64,000 bases of DNA, taken from NCBI GenBank assembly GCA_902634075.1, contig CACPJA010000003.1, positions 8,407 to 72,406 of the forward strand, in the 5' to 3' direction. Made by a program: the position numbers and the translations under genes. The stretch is from an uncultured Gammaproteobacteria bacterium. GTDB lineage: Bacteria > Pseudomonadota > Gammaproteobacteria > Steroidobacterales > UBA11654. Below, one piece after another: positions 1-11,230 of this stretch. The notes below the pieces were generated by a model. It was not told the DNA's origin. It saw only the letters and a program-made list of their open reading frames with translations, and did no database searches. Numbering within the stretch: the stretch's first letter is position 1; every line of letters begins with the position of its first letter.

Positions 1-1106
1 GTTATAAATTTTCTTGGCATCATTTTTTCATTATTGGCAACTTTTGCTAGTGGTGCAGAGCCTATTTGCCATTTATAAGGCTTATCTGAAAGTCTATCAA
101 TCGTTACCATTTTTGATTTTTCGCCTTTAATAGCCATCTTAACTGCAGACTCTCCGACTGAATAAGCTTGCTTGAGATCAGTTTGTGAAGCCAAGTGTCT
201 GGCTGAACGCTGAAGATAGTCTGCAATGGCGTAATGATACTTATAACCTAGGGATTGTTTAACCATGTTGGCAATAACAGGAGCAACGCCTCCAAGCTGT
301 TTATGACCAAAAGAGTCTTTGGTTCCTGCATCAGCCAAAAATTTACCATTCTTGTATCGGGCACCTTCACTGGCAACAATGACACAGTAGCCATTATTTT
401 TCACAGATCGCTCAACCTGTTTGATGAAATTCTTTTTTTCAAATGGGATTTCAGGAAAGAGGATGATATGCGGGGGATCATTCCTTTGGTTTGCTATTAA
501 TCCTGAAGCAGCAGCAATCCATCCAGCATGTCGTCCCATAACCTCTAGTATGAAGACTTTGGTTGATGTTTCAGCCATTGATAAAACATCAAGGCTAGCT
601 TCATGTGTAGAAACTGAAATATATTTAGCCACAGAGCCAAACCCTGGGCAGGTGTCTGTGATAGGTAGATCGTTATCTACCGTTTTAGGAATTCCGATTG
701 ATGCAATAGGGAAATCCATTGCCTCACCAATTTCTGATACTTTGTGAGCTGTATCCATGGAATCACCGCCACCATTATAGAAAAAATAACCAATGTTATG
801 TGCCTTGAAAACCTCAATGAGTCTTTTGTATTCTCTCTGATTTTCTTTAAGGCCTTTTAGTTTATATCGTGCTGAGCCAAAAGCACCCCCAGGCGTATAT
901 TTTAAGAGTGAAATTTGTTTATCAGTCTCAAGGCTGGTATCAATCAGATTTTCTTCAAGAGCTCCGAGGATTCCGTTTTTCCCAGCAAAAACTTTGCCTA
1001 TTTTTTTTGGGTATTTTCTTGCAGTTTCTATCACCCCAGCCGCACTTGCATTGATAACTGCTGTTACCCCTCCTGATTGAGCATAAAAAGCATTTTTTAA
1101 TGTCAT
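1..1106 (-). CDS. pfp: 6-phosphofructokinase, pyrophosphate-dependent type (3' end runs off the window)
   Basis: Not in the ORF track; read manually from ATG at 1106: MTLKNAFYAQSGGVTAVINAS...GGAFGS...NGGGDSMDT...PKTVDND...EVMGRHAGW. GGGD and PKTVDND are the PPi-PFK signatures. Confidence 0.92.
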   Translation of the reverse strand, partial: MTLKNAFYAQSGGVTAVINASAAGVIETARKYPKKIGKVFAGKNGILGALEENLIDTSLETDKQISLLKYTPGGAFGSARYKLKGLKENQREYKRLIEVFKAHNIGYFFYNGGGDSMDTAHKVSEIGEAMDFPIASIGIPKTVDNDLPITDTCPGFGSVAKYISVSTHEASLDVLSMAETSTKVFILEVMGRHAGWIAAASGLIANQRNDPPHIILFPEIPFEKKNFIKQVERSVKNNGYCVIVASEGARYKNGKFLADAGTKDSFGHKQLGGVAPVIANMVKQSLGYKYHYAIADYLQRSARHLASQTDLKQAYSVGESAVKMAIKGEKSKMVTIDRLSDKPYKWQIGSAPLAKVANNEKMMPRKFI

Positions 1107-1207
1107 TCTTCTTCCAAAAATTTTGAATTTACATATGATATCTATTGATAGAAGTTTTTAATACTATAAATCTTTATTAGCAACCTAAATTTAAGCATAA
1201 AATTGTC

Positions 1208-1849
1208 ATGAAAATAATCCTATTAGGCGCACCTGGCTCTGGAAAAGGAACTCAGGCAGAAAATTTGATGAGGGATTACGGCTGTCCACAGATTTCTACG
1301 GGAGTACTCTTAAGGAAGGCTGTTGCAGAAAAGACAGAAATAGGAAAAAAGGTGGAGGAGATTATGGCTCGAGGCGACCTAGTTTCTGATGAAATAGTCT
1401 TAGATCTTATTCAAAAATCATTAGAGCAAATAGATGATCAGATAGGCTTCCTACTCGATGGTTATCCAAGAAACATTAATCAAGCAAAATCACTCAATTT
1501 GGTCTTAGAATCAATTGATCGACCTCTAGAACACACTGTTCTTATTGATGTTGATGCTGAGATTCTAATTAAAAGACTATCTGGGAGAAGAACTTGTTCA
1601 AGTACAGGTAAAACTCTAAATATATATTTTTCCCCCAAGAAGGAGATAGATGATTGCATTGCCTCAGGAGGAAAGTTGATTCAGAGAGATGATGACAATA
1701 TTGAGTCTATCTCAAAACGAATCGAAGTTTATGGCGAACAAACCGAACCGATGATTGAGTTTTATAGAGAGTCAGGTATTTTACAGGTTGTCAATGGGGA
1801 GGGTTCTATAGAAGAGGTTTATAAGAGACTACTTTCCAAGATTAATTAA
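1208..1849 (+). CDS. adk: adenylate kinase
   Basis: P-loop GAPGSGKGT, LLDGYPR, QRDDD LID end. Confidence 0.97.
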   Translation: MKIILLGAPGSGKGTQAENLMRDYGCPQISTGVLLRKAVAEKTEIGKKVEEIMARGDLVSDEIVLDLIQKSLEQIDDQIGFLLDGYPRNINQAKSLNLVLESIDRPLEHTVLIDVDAEILIKRLSGRRTCSSTGKTLNIYFSPKKEIDDCIASGGKLIQRDDDNIESISKRIEVYGEQTEPMIEFYRESGILQVVNGEGSIEEVYKRLLSKIN

Positions 1850-1858
1850 TCACTTATC

Positions 1859-2962
1859 TTACTTTAAGATCTTTTTAATCCCTTTATTCAACTGCGATTT
1901 CCTCCAGCCAACATTAAGTCGATTTTCTCTTCCTTGAACAAGCAATAGGATATCTTTTTTAGTCGCTAGAGCCTCTTGCGTAATACCTAGTAGCTTTGCT
2001 TCTTTAATAATCAATGTATTAATTTTCTCAATAATTAATTTGTAGTTTGGGATCATTTTGATTTTATTATTCCTTATTCTTTCTTTTTTAAAATTTTTAA
2101 TGTTTCTTAACGTTTGTATCATGTTTTCTATATCAGATTCCTGCATATATTTATTCATGAGAGGCTCTAATTTGATTTTATTAAGAGATTGCGGATCCAT
2201 TTTAGAAACATTGATTATCTCTATATCATCCATTAGCCATTTCTTAGGTATATTTTTTATAGCCGATTGATTCTCTCTCCAATTTGAGAGCTCGATAGCA
2301 GTGTTTTGAAATTTAGTATTTAGCTTTTTAATACCTTTGATCTTTTTCCAAGCATTTTCTTGGTCCATCAATCCAGTTTTTGTGGCCAACATTTTATTGC
2401 AATCTTCCTTACACCATTCAAGTCTTCCCTTAATCTTTAGCTTCTTCTTTAGAGATTTTCCCAATTCCAACAAATGAGCAACATCTTCTATCGCATATTG
2501 CAATTGATTTGGATGAAGTGGGCGTTTACTCCAGTCGCTCCTTGTTTCTGATTTTTCAATGTTGATTCTAAGCTCATCCATAAGAAGATTTTTAATGCCA
2601 ATTTGCATTGGGTAACCAAGGAGTGAAGCCGCAATTTGAGTGTCAAAAATATTTTGAGGCAGAGATTTATTCTCAAGATAGAAAATCTCTAAATCTTGAC
2701 TACCCGAGTGAATAAACTTCTCTATATCTTCTCTGTATATAAGTTTCCAAAAATTTGATAAGTCTAGATTTGCAAGGCAATCAATACATGCCATAGAGTC
2801 ACTTGTTGCAACTTGTATAAGGCACAACTTAGGGTAATAGGTTCTTATTCTTTCAAATTCGGTATCAATTCCTATTACTGCTTTACCATCAAGTTTCCTA
2901 ACAAATTCATTTAATGAATTTTGTGTATCAATAAACTCTGCGGCTTTATTTTTTTCTATCAT
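1859..2962 (-). CDS. rnd: ribonuclease D
   Basis: DEDDy exonuclease motifs IDTEF, HSGSQD, FDTQIA, SDWSKRPL, YAIED, followed by an HRDC-like region. Confidence 0.92.
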   Translation of the reverse strand: MIEKNKAAEFIDTQNSLNEFVRKLDGKAVIGIDTEFERIRTYYPKLCLIQVATSDSMACIDCLANLDLSNFWKLIYREDIEKFIHSGSQDLEIFYLENKSLPQNIFDTQIAASLLGYPMQIGIKNLLMDELRINIEKSETRSDWSKRPLHPNQLQYAIEDVAHLLELGKSLKKKLKIKGRLEWCKEDCNKMLATKTGLMDQENAWKKIKGIKKLNTKFQNTAIELSNWRENQSAIKNIPKKWLMDDIEIINVSKMDPQSLNKIKLEPLMNKYMQESDIENMIQTLRNIKNFKKERIRNNKIKMIPNYKLIIEKINTLIIKEAKLLGITQEALATKKDILLLVQGRENRLNVGWRKSQLNKGIKKILK

Positions 2963-3006
2963 GAATTAGTATCTTCTGGTCGGAATTATAATAGAATTGG
3001 TTCTCT

Positions 3007-3534
3007 ATGATTAAATTATTAATAGCCTTTTGGAATATTATGATCAAAAAATCAGGGCAAGAAAGTCTCCCTGATTCTAATTTTTTTCTTGGCTTAATCT
3101 TTGTATTTTTCTTTGCAACGCAAGTTTTTTCAGGAATAAAAGTTTCTGGATCAGTGGAATTATTTGTAAGATCTTTTTTGGTGGATGCTTTTCTTTTAAT
3201 ATTTTGGGTTAAAGCTTTAGTTGAATTATATGGAACTCAGGTACTCTTTAGGCGATCCTTAATCGCACTCTTCGGAACTGGAGGAATTCTTAATATTTTC
3301 TACAGTCCATTGATTCTTCAGTTTTCTAGATACCTAGGAGAGGGTGATCTACTAATTGAAGCGCAATTTCCATTTTGGTTTACTCTCGCAACTCTATTGG
3401 TTGCCTTGTGGTCAATAATTATTATGGCCCATATTTTTTCTAGGTTAATCTCCAATCCAAGTTACTCCGTTCTTATTACCCTGTTCTACCTCATGGTGAA
3501 TTTTGTCCTCCAAACTTCAATTGCAGGAATATAG
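3007..3534 (+). CDS. hypothetical multi-pass membrane protein
   Basis: 175 aa, about 5 hydrophobic segments, 3 nt upstream of mpl. Confidence 0.7.
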   Translation: MIKLLIAFWNIMIKKSGQESLPDSNFFLGLIFVFFFATQVFSGIKVSGSVELFVRSFLVDAFLLIFWVKALVELYGTQVLFRRSLIALFGTGGILNIFYSPLILQFSRYLGEGDLLIEAQFPFWFTLATLLVALWSIIIMAHIFSRLISNPSYSVLITLFYLMVNFVLQTSIAGI

Positions 3535-3537
3535 ATA

Positions 3538-4890
3538 ATGCATATCCATATTTTAGGCATTAGTGGCACATTCATGGGCAGCTTAGCTGCTATAGCGAAG
3601 GAGTCTGGTTTTCAGGTAACTGGCTCTGATCTTTTTTCCTACCCGCCTATAAGTGATCAGTTAAACGATCTTGGTATTAAGGTCATACCCAATTATGATC
3701 TGGACCAATTAAATTTGAATCCTGATTTGATTGTTATCGGTAATGTAATGACAAGAGGTATGCCGCTGGTAGAGGCAATTCTTAATGGTGATATTCCTTA
3801 TACTTCTGGACCTGAATGGTTAGGTAATAATATCTTGAAAGATCGAACAGTGATTGCGGTATCCGGCACTCATGGGAAAACTACTACTGCAAGCTTAATC
3901 GCTTTTATACTTCAGGACCTGGGTTACGATCCAGGTTACCTTATTGGGGGTGTTCCTATAGGTTTTTCAACATCTGCCACTAGGGGTTCAGACCCTTATT
4001 TTGTTATAGAGGCCGACGAGTACGACACCGCTTTTTTTGATAAAAGATCAAAGTTTATTCATTACAATCCCAATTTTTTACTTATCAATAATATTGAGTT
4101 TGACCACGTCGACATCTTTTCAGATATGAGCGAGATATACTGGCAATTTCATCAGTTACTAAGACTCATCCCATCTGATACCACTGTCATAGCTAATGGT
4201 GACGATAAGAATATTACGAAGCTATTCAGCCAGGGTTTTTGGTCAAAAAAAGTAACTTTTGGTAAATCGAATCAACATGATTGGTCTATGGACCTAATTC
4301 CTGATGATGGCGTTACTTTTTCTAGAGGAAACGAACAAATAGGTCAGATTAGACCACAAATTATAGGACAGCATAATATGATGAATATATTGGGCGCAAC
4401 TGCCGCTTTGTCGACTGTGGGTCTTGAGAACAAGGATGTTTTAAAAAGCATCGATAGATTTCCAGGTGTGAAGAGACGATTAGAGTTCTTAGGAGAGCAT
4501 TCAGGCATAAAAATATTTGATGACTTTGCTCATCACCCAACCTCTATCATTGCTTCAATCGATTCACTAAAAGACAAATATCAAGGAGATGGTTCTTTAT
4601 ATACCATTACTGAGATAGCATCTAATACCATGAAAAAAGGAACCTTGAGAGAGGAGTTAGTTGACTCCTTCGATCGGGCTGATCTCTCATTAATTGTTAA
4701 TAATAAGGATATAGAGTGGGATATAGAAAAAGAATACACCAACAAAGACAACACTATTATCATTGAGAATCATGAGGAGATAATGGATCACCTCAGTGAT
4801 AAGTTAAAGTCAGGGGATATTATTCTTATTATGACAAACAGAACTTCTGTACCAATCAGAGAAGTCCTCATGAGCATTATCGGCGAATAA
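3538..4890 (+). CDS. mpl: murein peptide ligase (UDP-MurNAc:L-Ala-gamma-D-Glu-mDAP ligase)
   Basis: MHIHILGISGTFMGSLA, GTHGKTTT, EADEYDTAFFDKRSKF, DDFAHHPT. Confidence 0.96.
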   Translation: MHIHILGISGTFMGSLAAIAKESGFQVTGSDLFSYPPISDQLNDLGIKVIPNYDLDQLNLNPDLIVIGNVMTRGMPLVEAILNGDIPYTSGPEWLGNNILKDRTVIAVSGTHGKTTTASLIAFILQDLGYDPGYLIGGVPIGFSTSATRGSDPYFVIEADEYDTAFFDKRSKFIHYNPNFLLINNIEFDHVDIFSDMSEIYWQFHQLLRLIPSDTTVIANGDDKNITKLFSQGFWSKKVTFGKSNQHDWSMDLIPDDGVTFSRGNEQIGQIRPQIIGQHNMMNILGATAALSTVGLENKDVLKSIDRFPGVKRRLEFLGEHSGIKIFDDFAHHPTSIIASIDSLKDKYQGDGSLYTITEIASNTMKKGTLREELVDSFDRADLSLIVNNKDIEWDIEKEYTNKDNTIIIENHEEIMDHLSDKLKSGDIILIMTNRTSVPIREVLMSIIGE

Positions 4891-4896
4891 AAAATA

Positions 4897-5490
4897 ATGA
4901 GCAACGATGATAAATGCCCAATTTTTCCACTTCGGACGATACTATTTCCAGATTCAAGACTGCCCCTAAGAATCTTTGAGCCACGATACATAGATATGGT
5001 GAGCAAGTGCATGAAAGATTCTTTAGAATTTGGAGTCATTCTAAGCCGTGAATCGAACGATCCAAAAATGTTTGAGACCTACAACATTGGCACAATGGCC
5101 AAAATAATTGATTGGGAACAGGGTAATGACGGCTTATTAGGAATTACAACTATTGGTACAAACAAATTCAAATTACTGGGGATGAACAAGCAAGAGGATG
5201 GTCTTAATATAGGTGATGTTGAAATCATTGAAAGAGAAGGTGATTTCAAACCCACAGAAAATTTTTCTAATCTTGTTAGTTTGTTAAAAGCAATTTTGGA
5301 CGATATTAATTTGTATAACGATGATGAGAAGAAATTTGAAAGTGCTTCATGGGTTAGCTTTAGGTTTGCTGAGATTCTGCCTCTAAAACTGGAAGATAAA
5401 CAAAAATGTCTTGAGATAGATGACCCAATTATTAGGCTAAACTATCTTGAGCCATTGATCAGAATGATTAGAGAAAACTCTCAACAATAA
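4897..5490 (+). CDS. Lon peptidase substrate-binding-domain protein
   Basis: PIFPL...LPLRIFEPRYIDMV motif; no ATPase or protease domain. Confidence 0.88.
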   Translation: MSNDDKCPIFPLRTILFPDSRLPLRIFEPRYIDMVSKCMKDSLEFGVILSRESNDPKMFETYNIGTMAKIIDWEQGNDGLLGITTIGTNKFKLLGMNKQEDGLNIGDVEIIEREGDFKPTENFSNLVSLLKAILDDINLYNDDEKKFESASWVSFRFAEILPLKLEDKQKCLEIDDPIIRLNYLEPLIRMIRENSQQ

Positions 5491-5497
5491 TGCTTTA

Positions 5498-6820
5498 TTA
5501 ATATCGATAGATCTCTGGTTTATAAGGGCCTTCTTCGGAAATACCAAGATATTCAGATTGCTCTTTGGTGAGCTTGGTTAACTTAACACCGATTTTTTCC
5601 AAATGAAGTCTAGCAACTTTTTCATCTAAGGTTTTTGGAAGAACGTATACGTCGTTCTCATATTTCTCAGAATTATTCCAAAGTTCAATTTGTGCCAGAG
5701 TTTGATTAGTAAATGAATTGGACATTACAAAACTAGGATGACCGGTTGCACAACCAAGATTGACCAGTCTTCCCTCAGCTAAGAGAATTAATCGTTTTCC
5801 ATCAGGAAACACAATATGATCCACTTCAGGCTTTATATTGATCCACTCATAGTCGTTCATCGATGCCACATCAATTTCATTATCAAAGTGACCGATATTG
5901 CACACAATCGCTTGGTCTTTCATCTTTTCCAAATGCTCTTTATTAATTACATGATAATTACCAGTGGCTGTTACAAAGATATCAGCCTCTGAGCATGCTT
6001 CATCCATGGTTACGACTTGATAACCTTCCATAGCAGCTTGTAATGCACAGATTGGATCAATTTCTGTCACTAGAACAGTTGCTCCTAAAGCACTTAGACT
6101 TTGAGCTGACCCTTTGCCAACATCACCATATCCGGCGACAACGGCTACTTTACCAGCAATCATAACGTCAGTTGCTCTCTTGATGCCATCTACCAATGAT
6201 TCTCTGCAACCGTAGAGATTATCAAATTTAGATTTAGTGACAGAATCATTTACATTGAAAGCGGGGCATAAGAGTGAATCATCTTTAACCATATCGTATA
6301 GTCTTTTGACACCAGTTGTGGTTTCCTCTGAAAGCCCTTTTACATCTTTCATCATTTCAGGGTATTTTTCATGCATTAGCTTAGTAAGATCGCCGCCATC
6401 ATCCAGGATCATATTGGGTGTCCAGCCATTTGGTCCATGAATAGTTTGTTCAATGCACCACCAGGCTTCTTCTTCTGTCTCACCTTTCCAGGCAAAAATA
6501 GGAATACCTTTATTGGCCAATGCCGCCGCCGCATGATCTTGAGTTGAAAATATATTGCAAGATGACCATCTGATCTCTGCACCCAGTTCAATTAGAGTTT
6601 CTATAAGAACAGCAGTTTGTATAGTCATATGAAGACATCCTGCAATTCTTGCTCCTTGGAGTGGTTTTGAAGCACCAAATTCTTCCCTGAGGCTCATTAG
6701 TCCAGGCATTTCAGTCTCTGCAATTGCAATTTCTTTCTCTCCCCACTCAGAGAGACTTATATCTGCTATTTTATAATCTTCCCCAGATTTGATTTCTGTT
6801 GTTTTTGCTGTTTCAGCCAT
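5498..6820 (-). CDS. ahcY: S-adenosylhomocysteine hydrolase
   Basis: [48 protein letters not shown]. Confidence 0.98.
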   Translation of the reverse strand: MAETAKTTEIKSGEDYKIADISLSEWGEKEIAIAETEMPGLMSLREEFGASKPLQGARIAGCLHMTIQTAVLIETLIELGAEIRWSSCNIFSTQDHAAAALANKGIPIFAWKGETEEEAWWCIEQTIHGPNGWTPNMILDDGGDLTKLMHEKYPEMMKDVKGLSEETTTGVKRLYDMVKDDSLLCPAFNVNDSVTKSKFDNLYGCRESLVDGIKRATDVMIAGKVAVVAGYGDVGKGSAQSLSALGATVLVTEIDPICALQAAMEGYQVVTMDEACSEADIFVTATGNYHVINKEHLEKMKDQAIVCNIGHFDNEIDVASMNDYEWINIKPEVDHIVFPDGKRLILLAEGRLVNLGCATGHPSFVMSNSFTNQTLAQIELWNNSEKYENDVYVLPKTLDEKVARLHLEKIGVKLTKLTKEQSEYLGISEEGPYKPEIYRY

Positions 6821-6867
6821 CTTTCATCACCTGTTTTAGTAAGTTAATTTGCAACTTTGATTCTTAA

Positions 6868-8031
6868 TTATAGACTAGATTGCGCTTTTAAATCCTCAGC
6901 TTTGTCTGTTTTTTCCCAAGGAAACCCATCATCTTCTCTTCCGAAGTGTCCATAGGCAGCACTCTTTTCATAAATTGGCTGGAGTAAATCAAGCATACCC
7001 ATTATTCCATAGGGCGTCAGATCGAAGTTATCTTCAACCAGTTGAATAATCTCATCTTGCCCGACTTTTTCTGTGCCAAACGTTTTAAATCTAACTGAGG
7101 TGGGTTCAGCGACACCTATTGCATATGAAACTTGAATCTCGCAACGATCCGCAAGACCCGCAGCAACGACATTTTTTGCAACATATCTCGCTGCATAAGC
7201 TGCAGATCGGTCTACTTTAGATGGATCTTTGCCAGAAAAGGCTCCTCCCCCATGTCTGGCCATTCCTCCGTAGGTATCAACTATAATTTTTCTGCCAGTC
7301 AGTCCGCAATCACCCACAGGTCCTCCTATGACAAAACTACCTGTAGGATTTATTAGATACCTAGTTTGATGAGTAACAAGTTCTCCAGGAAGTATTGGAG
7401 TGATAATGTGTTCTAGAACTTCTTTGTGAATAACTTCCATGTCAATATCGTCATCGTGTTGAGTTGATAGCACCACAGTATCGATAAAGTCGGGTTGTCC
7501 ATTTTCAAATTGGATAGTGACTTGACTCTTGGCATCAGGTCTTAACCAGCTTATGCCACCTTCATTTCTCACTTTAGAATGCTGCCTTACTAAATCATGA
7601 GAGATTTGAATCGTAGCCGGCATAAGTTCTTTAGTTTCATTAGTGGCGTACCCAAACATCAAGCCTTGGTCACCAGCACCCTGTTTTGTTTTATCTTCTC
7701 GGTCGACACCCATAGCAATGTCAGGAGATTGTTTGCTGATTGCAGACATCACCTTGCATGAGAGATGATCAAAACCTAAATCTGCATGATTGTAGCCAAT
7801 TCTTTCGATTGTGCGTCTTGCAATAGCCTCATAATCAACTTCTGCAGATGTTGTAATTTCTCCAGCGAGAACGACAAGACCTGTTTTTACTAGAGTTTCT
7901 ACAGCAACTCGACAATTCTTATCTTGTTCTATAATTGCGTCTAATATGGCGTCAGAGATTTGATCAGCCATTTTATCTGGATGGCCTTCGCCTACAGACT
8001 CTGATGTCATTAGATAGGAAGCATTGCTCAT
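6868..8031 (-). CDS. metK: S-adenosylmethionine synthetase
   Basis: [33 protein letters not shown]. Confidence 0.98.
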   Translation of the reverse strand: MSNASYLMTSESVGEGHPDKMADQISDAILDAIIEQDKNCRVAVETLVKTGLVVLAGEITTSAEVDYEAIARRTIERIGYNHADLGFDHLSCKVMSAISKQSPDIAMGVDREDKTKQGAGDQGLMFGYATNETKELMPATIQISHDLVRQHSKVRNEGGISWLRPDAKSQVTIQFENGQPDFIDTVVLSTQHDDDIDMEVIHKEVLEHIITPILPGELVTHQTRYLINPTGSFVIGGPVGDCGLTGRKIIVDTYGGMARHGGGAFSGKDPSKVDRSAAYAARYVAKNVVAAGLADRCEIQVSYAIGVAEPTSVRFKTFGTEKVGQDEIIQLVEDNFDLTPYGIMGMLDLLQPIYEKSAAYGHFGREDDGFPWEKTDKAEDLKAQSSL

Positions 8032-8192
8032 TTATATCTCCAAAAATTTTAGCTCAAGGATTATAGCTATAAATTGACCATTTAAGTACTTTTTTAGGTT
8101 AAATACCTTGCCACTGTTTACAGTCTGCGAGAAAATGATGATCAAATAATTATTTAGATCATTTTAATCTTGTCTTGAACTAGGACACAGTT

Positions 8193-10190
8193 ATCGAAAA
8201 GAAAACATTAGCCAACGCCATTAGGATGCTCTCTGCAGATGCGGTTCAAAGAGCTAATTCAGGCCATCCTGGTATGCCAATGGGTATGGCGGATATGGCT
8301 GAAGTCCTTTGGAATGATTTCCTTAGCCATAACCCCAATAACCCAGCTTGGTTGAATAGAGATCGATTTTTGCTATCAAACGGACACGGTTCGATGCTCC
8401 TTTATTCACTGTTGCATCTCTCAGGTTATGATTTAAGCATTGATGATCTTAAAGCCTTTAGGCAATTTAATTCACACACCGCCGGTCATCCTGAATACGA
8501 TTTGGACATCGGTATTGAAACCACCACCGGTCCATTGGGTCAAGGCATTGCCAACGCCGTAGGAATGGCATTATCAGAAAAAATCCTCGCCGCTAATTAC
8601 AATCGGGATGAGATGGATATTATCAATCATTACACCTATGTCTTTACAGGTGATGGTTGTCTCATGGAAGGGATCTCTCATGAAGCTTGCTCACTTGCAG
8701 GGACGCTCAATTTAGGTAAATTAATCTGTTTCTATGACGATAACGGAATCTCTATAGACGGTGAAGTCGATGCATGGTTTGCTGAGGATGTGGCCAAACG
8801 ATTCGATGCTTACGGTTGGCATGTTATCGATGATATTGATGGTCATGATCCCGAGGCAATCACAAAAGCAATAACTCTTGCTCAGGCAGAAACGAGTAAG
8901 CCATCCATCCTTGCTTGCAAGACTGTTATTGGATTTGGTTCACCCAATAAAGGTGGAACAGCAGACACCCACGGCGCACCGTTGGGCGATGAAGAGATAG
9001 CTTTAGTGCGAAAGGAACTTGGATGGGAGCACCAACCTTTTGAAATCCCTGAAGACATTAAACAAGCCTGGGATGCAAAAGAAAAAGGCGAGGAATCAGA
9101 AAAGACTTGGCAACAAGCCTTTGAAAAATACCAAGATGCTCATCCAGACCTGGCAAAGGAACTGATGAGCAGATTCAGTAATCAGATTGAGGACAATAGG
9201 TTTTCAGGATTACAAAATTTAATTCAAGATCTGCAAAAAGAAGCCGATACCGTGGCTACCAGAAAGTCATCATTAATTGCCCTGAATGCTTTGACGGACG
9301 ATTTCCCAGAGTTGTTAGGCGGCTCAGCTGATTTAACAGGATCCAATTGCACTTTCCATAAAAACTCCAAAGCCATCACACCATTGGATGCAAAGGGCGA
9401 TTATATTTTCTATGGGGTCAGAGAATTTGGTATGGCTGCGATGATGAATGGCATGGTGCTTCACGGTGGCTTAATTCCTTATGGCGGAACCTTTCTGACG
9501 TTTACCGATTACTCTCGCAACGCAATCCGTATGGCATCAATGATGGAACTGGGCGTTATTCATGTCTTAACTCATGATTCTATTGGTTTAGGGGAGGACG
9601 GCCCTACGCATCAGGCAATTGAGCACGTGCCCAGCCTTAGATTAATCCCCGGGGTTAACGTATGGAGACCCTGCGATACCATGGAGACGGCTATTGCCTG
9701 GAAGTCCTCAATACAAAAAAGAAAAACACCCTCAGCTCTCATTTTGACCAGACAATCATTGCCCCAACAACATCGATCTACTGAAACGATCGATTTGATA
9801 GAGAAAGGCGGTTATGTTTTGCATCAAGAGCAAGGGGATCTCGATGCCTTGATCATTGCCACCGGCTCAGAGGTTCAATACGCAATGAACGCTGCAGAGA
9901 AAGGCACACAAGAGGGAATGGGTGTAAGAGTAGTCTCGATGCCTTGTTTGGAGATCTATGAAGAGCAATCGGACCAATACAAAGAGAGCGTCATCCCTTC
10001 AGGGTTTGAAAAAGTGATGGTTATTGAGGCTTCGATGGCCTCGGCATGGAAGGGCTACACCGGCGTGAAGGGCGTTGTAATCGGCATGGAATCATTTGGT
10101 AAATCTGCACCGGCACCAGAGTTATTTGAATATTACGGGTTTTCAGATGACAATGTTTTCCAGAAACTAACTGAGATGATTAAACGATGA
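8193..10190 (+). CDS. tkt: transketolase (start placed at ATC 8193; ORF track starts at 8226)
   Basis: LANAIRMLSADAV, SGHPG, GDGCLMEG..N TPP motif, HDSIGLGEDGPTHQ. Confidence 0.96.
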   Translation: MEKKTLANAIRMLSADAVQRANSGHPGMPMGMADMAEVLWNDFLSHNPNNPAWLNRDRFLLSNGHGSMLLYSLLHLSGYDLSIDDLKAFRQFNSHTAGHPEYDLDIGIETTTGPLGQGIANAVGMALSEKILAANYNRDEMDIINHYTYVFTGDGCLMEGISHEACSLAGTLNLGKLICFYDDNGISIDGEVDAWFAEDVAKRFDAYGWHVIDDIDGHDPEAITKAITLAQAETSKPSILACKTVIGFGSPNKGGTADTHGAPLGDEEIALVRKELGWEHQPFEIPEDIKQAWDAKEKGEESEKTWQQAFEKYQDAHPDLAKELMSRFSNQIEDNRFSGLQNLIQDLQKEADTVATRKSSLIALNALTDDFPELLGGSADLTGSNCTFHKNSKAITPLDAKGDYIFYGVREFGMAAMMNGMVLHGGLIPYGGTFLTFTDYSRNAIRMASMMELGVIHVLTHDSIGLGEDGPTHQAIEHVPSLRLIPGVNVWRPCDTMETAIAWKSSIQKRKTPSALILTRQSLPQQHRSTETIDLIEKGGYVLHQEQGDLDALIIATGSEVQYAMNAAEKGTQEGMGVRVVSMPCLEIYEEQSDQYKESVIPSGFEKVMVIEASMASAWKGYTGVKGVVIGMESFGKSAPAPELFEYYGFSDDNVFQKLTEMIKR

Positions 10191-10206
10191 CGAAGAGGAG
10201 AATTGA

Positions 10207-11220
10207 ATGACAGTTAAAGTTGCAATTAATGGGTACGGAAGAATAGGCAGAAATGTTCTCAAGGCACTGTTCGAGAGTGGTCGGACCAGTGAGTTCGAGA
10301 TTGTTGCTCTGAATGATTTGGGCGATGCAGACAGCAATGCTTATTTAACTAAATACGACACTGCCCACGGCATTTTTCCATTTGATGTGGAAGTGAGAGG
10401 CGATGCTTTAGCAATTGACGGCACAGAAATCAAAGTGTTTGCTGAGCGAGATCCAGAAAACTTACCCTGGGCTGATTTAGGGGTGGATGTGGTTCTTGAG
10501 TGCACCGGGTTTTTTAGAACCAAAGAATTGGCTGGAAAGCACATCAAAGCAGGCGCTAAAAAAGTGGTTATTTCTGCACCGGCAGGCTCAGAAGTTGACG
10601 CCACAATTGTCTATGGGGTTAATCATGACATTTTGACAAAAGATGATCAGATCATCTCGAACGCGTCTTGCACCACAAACTGCTTGGCACCCTTGGTTAA
10701 ACCCATCCATGAAGCAATAGGGGTTGAGAGCGGGATTATGACTACGATCCATGCCTACACCAACGACCAAGTGCTCACCGATGTGTTTCATAAGGATTTA
10801 AGGCGAGCTAGATCAGCAACTCAATCTATGATTCCCACAAAGACAGGCGCTGCTTCAGCGGTTGGACTTGTGCTGCCTGAATTGCAAGGCAAGCTGGATG
10901 GATTTTCAGTCAGGGTCCCTACCATTAATGTTTCCTTAGTTGATTTAAGCTTCATCGCTTCAAAATCAACCACAGTCGAAGAGATTAATGACGTGGTAAA
11001 GGCGGCCTCCTCAGGGGAGCTAAAAGGTGTGCTTGATTACAGCGATGGTCCATTGGTGTCTATCGATTTCAATCACAACCCGGCGTCTTCTACTTACGAT
11101 GCGACCATGACTAAGGTTCAGGAAGGCACGCTAGTAAAAGTTTGCTCTTGGTACGACAACGAGTGGGGTTTTTCCAATAGAATGTTGGACACCACGTTGG
11201 CATTAATGAATGCCGATTAG
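10207..11220 (+). CDS. gap: type I glyceraldehyde-3-phosphate dehydrogenase
   Basis: [36 protein letters not shown]. Confidence 0.97.
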   Translation: MTVKVAINGYGRIGRNVLKALFESGRTSEFEIVALNDLGDADSNAYLTKYDTAHGIFPFDVEVRGDALAIDGTEIKVFAERDPENLPWADLGVDVVLECTGFFRTKELAGKHIKAGAKKVVISAPAGSEVDATIVYGVNHDILTKDDQIISNASCTTNCLAPLVKPIHEAIGVESGIMTTIHAYTNDQVLTDVFHKDLRRARSATQSMIPTKTGAASAVGLVLPELQGKLDGFSVRVPTINVSLVDLSFIASKSTTVEEINDVVKAASSGELKGVLDYSDGPLVSIDFNHNPASSTYDATMTKVQEGTLVKVCSWYDNEWGFSNRMLDTTLALMNAD

Positions 11221-11230
11221 AGCCTGACCC

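Noticed and set aside
255..1054. Three plus-strand ORFs (255-500, 421-747, 869-1054)
   Set aside because: Antisense shadows of the minus-strand phosphofructokinase
6821..8190. SAM or SAH riboswitch before metK or ahcY
   Set aside because: Spacers are short and AT-rich, with no recognisable aptamer core
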